Of a stretch of DNA of 52,632 nt, positions 1-6,704 are shown piece after piece (positions within the stretch are counted from its first letter, which is position 1; each line of letters opens with the position of its first letter). The position numbers and the translations under genes were made by a program. This DNA comes from Oscillospiraceae bacterium (GTDB lineage Bacteria; Bacillota; Clostridia; Oscillospirales; CAG-272): assembly GCA_015065205.1 (NCBI GenBank), contig SVQS01000001.1, positions 1 through 52,632 on the forward strand, given 5' to 3'. The notes below the pieces were generated by a model. The model was not told the origin of the DNA. It ran no database searches and saw only the letters and a program-made list of their open reading frames with translations.

Positions 1-765
1 ATTTCCAATCCTCTTGGCGAGGACACCAGCGTAATGCGTACCACTGCTCTCCCCTCCATGATGGAGACGGTTGCTCGCAACTACAACTTTAACAATGAAA
101 ATGTTCGCCTGTTTGAGATCGCATCCATCTATTTGCCTCACGAGGCGGCAAACGAGCTGCCCGACGAAAAGAGAGTTCTCACCATTGGTGCTTACGGCAA
201 CATTGATTTCTACGCAATCAAAGGTGTATGCGAAAATATTCTGAAATTGGCAGGCATTAAGGGTGTAACCTACACCTCTTGCTCGACCAATCCTTCTTAC
301 CACCCCGGCAGATGTGCAACCATCACCACCGAGGATGGCGTTTGCCTTGGCGTTTTCGGTCAGGCACATCCCTTGATGGCTGAAAACTACGGTATGAACG
401 TTCCCGTTTACACGGCAGAGCTTGCATTTGACGAGATCTTTGCCAATGCAAACACCAAAAAGTCCTACAAGCCTCTGCCCAAGTACCCTGCAACCACCCG
501 TGACTTCTCCTTTGTTTGCGACGAGGATATGGAAGTTGGCGCAATTGAAGGCGTTATGGCAAAAGCCGGCGGCAAGCTTGTTGAAAGCGTTGCTCTGTTT
601 GATATCTACCGCGGACCTCAGGTAGGTGAAGGGAAAAAGTCGGTATCTCTGCGCGTAACCCTTCGCGCCTCCGACCGCACCCTCACCGTTGAAGAAGCCG
701 ATAAGGTCTCCAAGAAGATTTTGAATGATCTCAAGTTCAAAATGGGTCTGGAGCTCAGAAACTAA
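1..765 (+). CDS. pheT: Phenylalanine--tRNA ligase beta subunit, C-terminal part (5' end lies outside the window)
   Basis: Frame 1 is open from base 1 (ISNPLGEDTSVMRTT...). The C-terminal signature is typical of PheT: PKYPATTRDFSF, LFDIYRG, SLRVTLRASDRTLT.EE. TAA at 763-765 is followed by a hairpin terminator. Confidence 0.93.
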   Translation: MSNPLGEDTSVMRTTALPSMMETVARNYNFNNENVRLFEIASIYLPHEAANELPDEKRVLTIGAYGNIDFYAIKGVCENILKLAGIKGVTYTSCSTNPSYHPGRCATITTEDGVCLGVFGQAHPLMAENYGMNVPVYTAELAFDEIFANANTKKSYKPLPKYPATTRDFSFVCDEDMEVGAIEGVMAKAGGKLVESVALFDIYRGPQVGEGKKSVSLRVTLRASDRTLTVEEADKVSKKILNDLKFKMGLELRN

Positions 766-780
766 TCAAATAAACAATTT

Positions 781-815
781 GGGAAGCGAACAAAAGTTCG
801 CTTCCCTATTTTTTT
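781..815 (+). terminator. Rho-independent terminator of pheT
   Basis: Arms gggaagcgaac / gttcgcttccc form an 11-bp perfect stem with an aaaa loop, followed by tattttttt. Confidence 0.85.
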
Positions 816-915
816 CAGCTATTGTTCACACAAAATTCTCCATTGCTTGCTATTTGTGTGTTATAATAGTGAAAAAGTGGTAAGAATGCATTTGATGAAA
901 GGAGTGACTCCTATT

Positions 916-1331
916 ATGCGTAATTTTTTACAAAGATTTGCATATAAAATGTCGGCATTTATGTACGGACGTTACGGAACTGATGATCTATCGAAATTTT
1001 TGATGATTTCGTCACTTGTTTTGATGGTCATCTCATGGTTGCCGCATCTCGGTATCGTATATTTTTTGGCATTGGCTCTGATGATTTGGTCGCTTATGCG
1101 CTCTTTTTCACGCAAACTTGACAAACGCAGACGTGAACTCGATCGCTATTACCGCATCAAAAAGCCGATTGTTGACTTCTTTAAGCTTTCACGCAACAAA
1201 TGGCGTGACCGCAAAACACACGTATATTTTAAGTGCAAAAGTGCAAAGCCGTCCTGCGCGTACCCAAGGGAAAGGGCTCTATTGTAGTCATTTGCACAAG
1301 ATGTAAAGATAGAATTGAAAAAGAAACTTGA
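916..1331 (+). pseudogene. Zinc-ribbon membrane-protein paralog interrupted by a 1-nt frameshift (or assembly error) at A-run 1237-1240
   Basis: ATG 916 has a GGAG 11 nt upstream. The product is MRNFLQRFAYKMSAFMYGRYG...THVYFKCK, after which the frame is lost. The last 29 codons (CKAVLRVPKGKGSIVVICTRCKDRIEKET, TGA 1329-1331) are intact in another frame and are amino-acid identical to the gene at 4819..5235. Confidence 0.8.
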
Positions 1332-1339
1332 TTTTTTGT

Positions 1340-1380
1340 GGAGAAAGCTTCCTTTGTGGAACTTTCTCCCTTGTTTTTTT
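1340..1380 (+). terminator. Rho-independent terminator
   Basis: Arms ggagaaagcttcc / ggaactttctcc form an imperfect stem, followed by cttgttttttt. Confidence 0.7.
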
Positions 1381-1410
1381 CTCAATAATTTATGTAAAAC
1401 GCATATTTTG

Positions 1411-1439
1411 TTGACTTTTTAGTCGCGGTGTGATATAAT
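1411..1439 (+). promoter_or_regulatory. Sigma70-type promoter of the lipoprotein gene
   Basis: TTGACT (1411-1416), a 17-nt spacer, then TGaTATAAT (extended -10, TATAAT at 1434-1439). Confidence 0.7.
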
Positions 1440-1471
1440 AAACTCACAATCATCAAAATGCGAGGTGCACT

Positions 1472-3955
1472 ATGAAAAAAATACTTTGTTCCCTACTGAT
1501 ATGCTCAATTCTATTGGGAAATATACTGTTTTTTACATCTTGTAATCAAAATGAAATAGTAAATCCAAATTCCGAAACAATTACTTCCGAAGTAACCACT
1601 CCCGAGGAGACCACTCCTGAGGAAACCACTCCTGAAGTAACAACTCCCGAGGAAACTACTCCTGAGGAAACCACTCCTGAAGTAACCACTCCTGAGGAAA
1701 CCACTCCCGAGGAGACCACCCCTGAAGTAACCACTCCTGAGGAAACTACTCCCGAAGAGACTACTCCCGAGGAAACTACTCCCGAAGTAACAACTCCCGA
1801 AGAGACCACTCCTGAAGTAACCACTCCTGAGGAAACTACTCCCGAAGAGACTACTCCCGAGGAAACTACTCCCGAAGTAACAACTCTCGAAGAGACCACT
1901 CCCGAGGAGCACGAACACATTAAAGGGGATGGATATGCATGTTCCATTTGCGGCGAGAGTCTTTTGACTCCCGTTGAAGAAGCAATTGAAATCGGCATGT
2001 CCTATGAAAAAGGCAAATACAGTAGCGAATATTACTACGTAGAGCTCACACTTGACAATCAAGTAAACCCCGATGGATTTGCAAGAGCAAAAATTGCAGA
2101 GGGGCTTTACGTTTCGGTAGCCGGCGGTTATTTGAGCGGTAACACGTATGGATCCATTCAACAAGGTAACACTGTTGTCTTTAAAGCAAAGCTTGGTGCT
2201 GTCAATTCTTCCCTCACCACGGGCGGCAAAGAGCTTCGTTTGTTTGAGGTTGCCGCTTTTGAAATCACAACAGAACACGAGCACATAATAGGCGACAAAT
2301 ATGTATGTGCAACTTGTGGCAAAAGTCTTTTGATTCCCGTAGAAGAAGCAATTGAAATCGGCATGTCTTATGAAAAAGGCAAATACAGTAGCGAATACTA
2401 CTACGTAAAGCTTACCCTTGACAATCAAGTAAACCCCGACGGCTTTGCAAGAGCAAGAATTGCAGAGGGGCTTTACGTTTCGGTAGCCGGCAATTATTTG
2501 AGCGGTAACGCACAAGGCTCCATTCACCTCGATGATACCGTTGTGTTCAAAGCAAAGCTTGGTGCTGTCAATTCTTCCCTCACCACGGGCGGCAAGGAGC
2601 TTCGTTTGTTTGCGGTTGCCGATTATGAAATTGTAGAGTCGGAGGTTACAATGCTTGTGGAAAAAGAAATAATCGTTCCCGCATCCGGCACGGGCGTTGC
2701 CGAAAAGCGTTTGCAGTATTATTTGGATGCCGAAGGCATCATTCGAAAAGAAATAAAAGAATTTCAGTCACAGGACGATACCGCCGATTACCGTGAATAT
2801 CGCTTTAGCTACGACAACGGCAAAACTTGGACAGAATGGGTTCGTGAACCCCTGCCCGCTCGCGAGCCGGTTGGCAATGATGAAATCGATGAAAACCTTG
2901 GTTATCAAAATGCACAGCACATTTACAATCCCGTTGTGGGTCATTTTGTAAGTCTGCAATGCCAATTCATCTATATTGATGGCTATGCGGCAACCGAAGC
3001 CCTTTATTGGGCAGGCTACACGCGCCCCATGCATAGCTTTTTGATGATTGAAGATGCCGACAGCACTGCTCACGAGCGCGTTCTTGTAAAATACGAGGAG
3101 GGTGCCGATTACGATCGCGCAACCTACCGCACAACCGATTATTTGACCACCAATATTTCGCGCGGCTCTGATTTGATCGTTCTTGCAAACGGAGACATTT
3201 TGTTCAATCTTTGCATTCCCGTAAACGTGGCCTGCGAAATAGCGGGGCTTGATTTGCAAGAGGTCTTCCCCACCACGGGTGGACTTGGACACGCTTGGGC
3301 ACTTTTGGTGGCGCGCGGTGTTTGGAATGCGGAAACACAGCAATATGACATCACCTATTCCAAGCCGGTCATTATGCATGATACACTCTCCACACGCGGA
3401 CTTTCGGAGCCGATGTTTGCCGAATTACCCGACGGAAGAATTCTTTGCATCTTCCGCACCTCAACAGATAAAGTTTCCGGTTGGACATACCGTCTTGACC
3501 CCAACGCTCCCGCTTGCAAATATTACGTTATCTCAGAGGATGGCGGCAAGACCTTCTCCGAGCCCAAACCTTGGTGCTATGAGGATGGAGAGATCGTGTA
3601 TTCGCCCGCATCCATTTGTCAAGTGGTAAAAAGCGAGGTCAACGGCAAGCTTTATTGGATAGGCAATGCTTGCTCAAAGGAAGAAATCAACGGCGCTTTC
3701 CCTCGATTCCCCCTCTACATGATTGAAATCGATCAAGAAACCGGTTTGGCAATTCGCAACAGCACTGTTCTCATTGACACACACCGCACGGGAGAGAGTG
3801 ACAAGGTACAGCTATCAAATTTTTGTATTTTAGAAAACAAGGAAAACGGCACCTTGGAGATCTATCTTTCCAAGCTTGGACAATTCGTAGGTAAGCCCAC
3901 CTATGAATGCGAAACTTGGAAATACACGGTATATCTCCCAAAGGAAGTGGAATAA
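1472..3955 (+). CDS. Surface lipoprotein: TTPEE linker, two 122-aa CxxC modules, and a C-terminal BNR/Asp-box (sialidase-like) domain
   Basis: Signal peptide with a lipobox-like FFTSC. There are 21 TTPE(E/V) pentapeptides and a duplicated module starting EHEHI.GD.Y.C..CG.SLL.PVEEAIEIG. Asp-box-like motifs are SYDNGKTW and SEDGGKTF. The ATG is preceded by gcgaggtg. Confidence 0.85.
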   Translation: MKKILCSLLICSILLGNILFFTSCNQNEIVNPNSETITSEVTTPEETTPEETTPEVTTPEETTPEETTPEVTTPEETTPEETTPEVTTPEETTPEETTPEETTPEVTTPEETTPEVTTPEETTPEETTPEETTPEVTTLEETTPEEHEHIKGDGYACSICGESLLTPVEEAIEIGMSYEKGKYSSEYYYVELTLDNQVNPDGFARAKIAEGLYVSVAGGYLSGNTYGSIQQGNTVVFKAKLGAVNSSLTTGGKELRLFEVAAFEITTEHEHIIGDKYVCATCGKSLLIPVEEAIEIGMSYEKGKYSSEYYYVKLTLDNQVNPDGFARARIAEGLYVSVAGNYLSGNAQGSIHLDDTVVFKAKLGAVNSSLTTGGKELRLFAVADYEIVESEVTMLVEKEIIVPASGTGVAEKRLQYYLDAEGIIRKEIKEFQSQDDTADYREYRFSYDNGKTWTEWVREPLPAREPVGNDEIDENLGYQNAQHIYNPVVGHFVSLQCQFIYIDGYAATEALYWAGYTRPMHSFLMIEDADSTAHERVLVKYEEGADYDRATYRTTDYLTTNISRGSDLIVLANGDILFNLCIPVNVACEIAGLDLQEVFPTTGGLGHAWALLVARGVWNAETQQYDITYSKPVIMHDTLSTRGLSEPMFAELPDGRILCIFRTSTDKVSGWTYRLDPNAPACKYYVISEDGGKTFSEPKPWCYEDGEIVYSPASICQVVKSEVNGKLYWIGNACSKEEINGAFPRFPLYMIEIDQETGLAIRNSTVLIDTHRTGESDKVQLSNFCILENKENGTLEIYLSKLGQFVGKPTYECETWKYTVYLPKEVE
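1595..1909 (+). repeat. In-frame tandem repeat of 21 x 15 nt encoding TTPEE/TTPEV
   Basis: Direct reading gives acc act cc[ct] ga[ag] ga[ag]/gta units, with higher-order blocks of 2 to 4 units each closed by a TTPEV unit. Confidence 0.95.
1907..2638 (+). repeat. Two tandem 366-nt (122-codon) coding repeats
   Basis: 1907-2272 and 2273-2638 align codon for codon with scattered substitutions of all types. Confidence 0.95.
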
Positions 3956-3985
3956 GCTTGGTTGCAGATTCTGTATTCACCGTTT

Positions 3986-4018
3986 GGGAAGCGGACGACA
4001 CGTTCGCTTCCCTTTTTT
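3986..4018 (+). terminator. Rho-independent terminator
   Basis: Arms gggaagcggac / gttcgcttccc (11 bp including one G.U), loop gacac, then tttttt. The stem sequence is nearly the same as in the pheT terminator at 781. Confidence 0.8.
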
Positions 4019-4099
4019 CGTCTTTTTTTCAAGCTATCATCACACAAAGTTCGTGTCAACTTAATATTTGGGTGGTATACTATGTTTGGAGGGATGAAA

Positions 4100-4822
4100 A
4101 TGAAGCTAAAAAACAGAAATACTACCGTTACCGACACAACCGAATTAACAGAGATGATTCCTGCACAAAGCCTTGAGCAGATTCGTCAAAAGTCACACGG
4201 CTTTATCACGCTGATGTCCTACTACAAGTGTGCGATGATGGAGGTGGAAACCAAGCTCAACGTGCTCAACGAGGAGTTTTCGCTGCGCTTTGACCGCAAC
4301 CCCATCAACAGTATTCATTCGCGCCTCAAGTCGCCCGTTAGCATTGAAGAAAAGCTTGCTTCAAAAAATCTCCCGATGACCCTGCAAACGATTGAAAAAA
4401 ACCTCAACGACATTGCAGGTGTGCGCGTGATCTGTTCCTTTTTGGACGACATTTACCTGTTGGCGGACTGTCTTTTGGGGCAAGACGACATCACGCTCAT
4501 TGAGCAAAAGGACTATATTGCGCATCCCAAGCCAAACGGATACCGCAGCTTGCACCTGATTGTGCAAATTCCCATCTATTTGCAAGCCGGCAAACGGAAT
4601 ATGCGCGTGGAAATTCAGCTGCGCACCATTGCAATGGACTGTTGGGCAAGCCTTGAGCATCAGTTGCGCTACAAAAAAGATGTAGCAGATACGAAACAAA
4701 TTCGCGCAGAACTGCAACGCTGCGCCGTCATTAGCGCAGAATTGGATGCAAGGATGGACCGTTTGCGCCATCAGATTATTGATGACTCGGATTTTGAGAG
4801 AAGGAGTGAGATAGGATTGTGA
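4100..4822 (+). CDS. GTP pyrophosphokinase, small alarmone synthetase of the RelP/RelQ (YwaC/YjbM) type
   Basis: Motifs DIAGVRVICSFLDDIY, KPNGYRSLHLIV and VEIQLRTIAMDCWASLEHQLRYKK. GGAGG at 4088-4092 favours ATG 4100, but 4094 and 4082 are in-frame alternatives. Confidence 0.88.
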   Translation: MKLKNRNTTVTDTTELTEMIPAQSLEQIRQKSHGFITLMSYYKCAMMEVETKLNVLNEEFSLRFDRNPINSIHSRLKSPVSIEEKLASKNLPMTLQTIEKNLNDIAGVRVICSFLDDIYLLADCLLGQDDITLIEQKDYIAHPKPNGYRSLHLIVQIPIYLQAGKRNMRVEIQLRTIAMDCWASLEHQLRYKKDVADTKQIRAELQRCAVISAELDARMDRLRHQIIDDSDFERRSEIGL

Positions 4823-5235
4823 AAAAATGGTTTGAGAAATTAGGATATAAGATGGCATCCTTTATGTACGGGCGCTACGGCAGTGATGCACTCACAAAAT
4901 TCTTGCTCATCTTGGCACTGATTTTGATGGTTATCTCCTGGATACCGCGCCTTTGGTGGGTATATTTTTTGGCACTCGGCGCGATGATATGGTCTCTTTA
5001 TCGCACGTTTTCGCGCAGATTTGACAAGCGCAGGCGCGAGCTGGAACGTTATCTAAAAATTCAAAAGCCGATTGTCAATTTCTTTAAACTTTCGCGCAAC
5101 AAGTGGCGAGATCGCAAAACGCACGTTTATTTTAAGTGCAAAAAATGCAAAGCCGTCCTGCGTGTGCCCAAGGGAAAAGGCTCAATCGTTGTCATTTGCA
5201 CGCGATGCAAGGATAGGATTGAAAAAGAGACGTAA
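4819..5235 (+). CDS. Zinc-ribbon membrane protein (intact paralog of 916..1331)
   Basis: The GTG start overlaps the TGA of the upstream gene (gtGTGAaa). It has two hydrophobic helices, a basic stretch, and C-terminal CKKC...CTRC. The N-terminus aligns with the copy at 916. Confidence 0.8.
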   Translation: MKKWFEKLGYKMASFMYGRYGSDALTKFLLILALILMVISWIPRLWWVYFLALGAMIWSLYRTFSRRFDKRRRELERYLKIQKPIVNFFKLSRNKWRDRKTHVYFKCKKCKAVLRVPKGKGSIVVICTRCKDRIEKET

Positions 5236-5253
5236 TTTTTAAAATATTGTAAA

Positions 5254-5485
5254 AGGGGCTGTCTCAATTTGATACGGAAGGCGTGATCGGCCTATCGTCG
5301 CCGTACAAAGGTACAGGGGAGAGGTCGAGCGCGACTAAAAAGCCACATAAAAACGAAGAAACCCGTCGAGTTTTTCTCGGCGGATTTCAACATTTATAAC
5401 AAATTGCTAAAAGTTTATTGGAATTCGGGTTGTCTTATTCGCGTGGCTTTTGTTCCGCGCTAAGTGAGACAGCCCCTAATATTTT
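5254..5485. other. Structured convergent 3'-UTR region with three nested long-range helices and an alternative pairing
   Basis: P1 pairs 5254-5266 aggggctgtctca with 5465-5477 tgagacagcccct (13 bp perfect). P2 pairs 5329-5346 with 5443-5460 (5+9 bp). P3 spans 5358-5388. An alternative arm at 5427-5437 (gggttgtctta) pairs with 5465-5475 using two G.U pairs on the plus strand. Confidence 0.6.
5348..5388 (-). terminator. Probable terminator of the DUF5662-like gene
   Basis: On the minus strand, gaaauccgccgag / cucgacggguuuc form a stem (one mismatch, one G.U), followed by uucguuuuua. Confidence 0.55.
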
Positions 5486-6026
5486 ATTCACCATATTCGG
5501 TATTGTTTTTGATGCTTTTGATGTGCTTGAAAGCCTCTTTTTCTCCATTTTGGGCAAGGAGAGTGAGCCATTCTTCCAAGAGGTCGGCGGTGGCGGGGTG
5601 CATTTTCTTTCGCGCGTTACCACGCTGAAAATAGGTCAGAGGATGGGCATCGGTGTAGTTTTTGCCTTGGTAAATCTTGCTTGCCGCTACGCGGTCGCAG
5701 AACATCTCCTTGACGTATCGCAGAGGCATTTTGACGGGTTCGTACATCTTTGTGGCGGGATTGATGTCGTTCCAATATTCAAAATGGTGGCGGTTGCGTC
5801 CCTTGTGGTGCATCCACGCATAGGAGCAACCAAATAGCTCGCGCTCGCGCTCATTGGGGCTCCTTGTGCCCTGATAATAGCGCGCGCCGGGGATAAACTC
5901 GGTAGGAGAATATTTGGAGAGATCGTGAAAAAGTCCTTGCCAGCCAATGCCCGCGCGGAAGCAATGCGCAATAACGCGATGGCGATGGCGCGTGATGGTA
6001 GCAAAATGCAAAAACGGATGGGACAT
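5484..6026 (-). CDS. DUF5662-like protein with an HD-type motif (family often mislabelled catalase)
   Basis: ATG 6026 has AGGAGAG 5 nt upstream. The product is MSHPFLHFATITRHRHRV...GLFHDLSKY...WMHHKGRNRHHFEYW. The family call is from memory of similar sequences. Confidence 0.7.
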   Translation of the reverse strand: MSHPFLHFATITRHRHRVIAHCFRAGIGWQGLFHDLSKYSPTEFIPGARYYQGTRSPNERERELFGCSYAWMHHKGRNRHHFEYWNDINPATKMYEPVKMPLRYVKEMFCDRVAASKIYQGKNYTDAHPLTYFQRGNARKKMHPATADLLEEWLTLLAQNGEKEAFKHIKSIKNNTEYGE

Positions 6027-6056
6027 TGCGGCTCTCCTTTCTCTTTGGTTTTCTTT

Positions 6057-6084
6057 ATTATACCACACTTTTGGGAAAAGTCAA
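6057..6084 (-). promoter_or_regulatory. Sigma70-type promoter of the DUF5662-like gene
   Basis: The minus strand reads TTGACT, a 16-nt spacer, then TGgTATAAT. Confidence 0.6.
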
Positions 6085-6140
6085 GGTAGAAATCAAGAGT
6101 ACAAAAGCAAATGCTATCAAACTTCTGCCTAAAAGGTTCA

Positions 6141-6404
6141 AACCAAAACAAGCATCCAGCCTGTCATCCTGAGCTTGTGAAGTTTTTTTGAGCGAATAGC
6201 GAGGAAAAACCGAGGAGCGTAAGCGACGAAGGGATCTCCAAACGAGTTTGGGTGTCTTACCACAGCAAATGCTACATCCTATCAACGTGTCACCAAGATT
6301 CGTTACGAGATCCCGCTTCGCCATACGGCTCGCGCTTTCACCTCGCTCTTCGCTCAGTGAAAGTTCGACTCTCTCAGGATGACAGACAGTAGGATTGTTT
6401 GGTT
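6141..6404. repeat. Long imperfect palindrome (about 264 nt) with nested arms sharing one centre near 6272
   Basis: Arm pairs: aaccaaaaca / tgtttggtt; ctgtcatcctgag (6161-6173) / ctcaggatgacag (6373-6385), perfect; gagcgaatagcgagg (6190-6204) / cctcgctcttcgctc (6341-6355); ...gaagggatctc (to 6238) / gagatccc... (from 6307). Confidence 0.8.
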
Positions 6405-6436
6405 GTACTCGCTTATAAATATCTCCATTTGAAGAT

Positions 6437-6474
6437 CAAAAACCGCCGAGAGCGACTGTTTGTCGTTCTCGGCG
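6437..6474 (-). terminator. Rho-independent terminator of the MerR-XRE operon
   Basis: On the minus strand, cgccgagaacgac / gucgcucucggcg form a stem (one G.U), followed by a U-run (plus-strand aaaaaa at 6437-6442). Confidence 0.75.
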
Positions 6475-6501
6475 AGTCTATTTTTGTGTTATTTATCATT
6501 T

Positions 6502-6702
6502 TTAAGCAAAAAACTCGTCCACCGCACAGTCGATGGCATCGGCAAGCGTTGGCAAGAGAGCAATATCGGGGTAACATTCCCCTCGTTCCCATTTGGAAAT
6601 GGACTGAGGGGTTATTCCAAGCAGATCGCCAAGCTGCTTTTGCGTTACTTTATTTTTGCAGCGATAGTCCTTTAATTTTTGTGAAATAACAATTTTCTTC
6701 AT
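6502..6702 (-). CDS. Small XRE-family helix-turn-helix regulator (66 aa)
   Basis: The core VTQKQLGDLLGITPQSISKWERGECYPDIALLPTLADAI is a typical Cro/C1 HTH. Confidence 0.88.
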   Translation of the reverse strand: MKKIVISQKLKDYRCKNKVTQKQLGDLLGITPQSISKWERGECYPDIALLPTLADAIDCAVDEFFA

Positions 6703-6704
6703 TT

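Noticed and set aside
1595-1909. Regular 15-nt tandem repeats that might be mistaken for a CRISPR-like array
   Set aside because: The units are contiguous with no spacers, are in frame, and encode TTPEE/TTPEV inside a lipoprotein gene. No cas genes are present.
1511-2527. 338-aa and 150-aa minus-strand ORFs across the repeat region
   Set aside because: These are shadow ORFs generated by the low-complexity repeats on the coding strand. They have no RBS and their products are low-complexity (GSS/FLRS) sequence.
1907-2638. Two 366-nt near-identical repeats as a possible template/variable repeat pair of a diversity-generating retroelement
   Set aside because: The differences between the copies are of all substitution types, not adenine-specific. 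The copies are adjacent and in frame, and there is no reverse transcriptase in the window.
4100-5235. Toxic small alarmone synthetase (toxSAS) toxin-antitoxin pair
   Set aside because: The synthetase has the ordinary RelP/RelQ housekeeping motifs and length. The downstream partner is a membrane protein with a paralog elsewhere, which is unlike the known toxSAS antitoxins I am aware of. This is kept only as a coupling observation.
5254-5485. tmRNA, suggested by the GGGGCTG start and the terminal pairing
   Set aside because: The region is too short. It has no tRNA-like TpsiC arm or CCA end, and no tag reading frame.
5418-5837. 139-aa plus-strand ORF
   Set aside because: It is antisense to the DUF5662-like gene, starts inside the structured intergenic region, and has no RBS.
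6058-6324. 88-aa minus-strand ORF, and the 6399..6689 / 6460..6675 plus-strand ORFs
   Set aside because: They run through the palindromic element, the terminator and the promoter, or lie antisense to the XRE gene. Their composition is typical of repeat-derived spurious ORFs.
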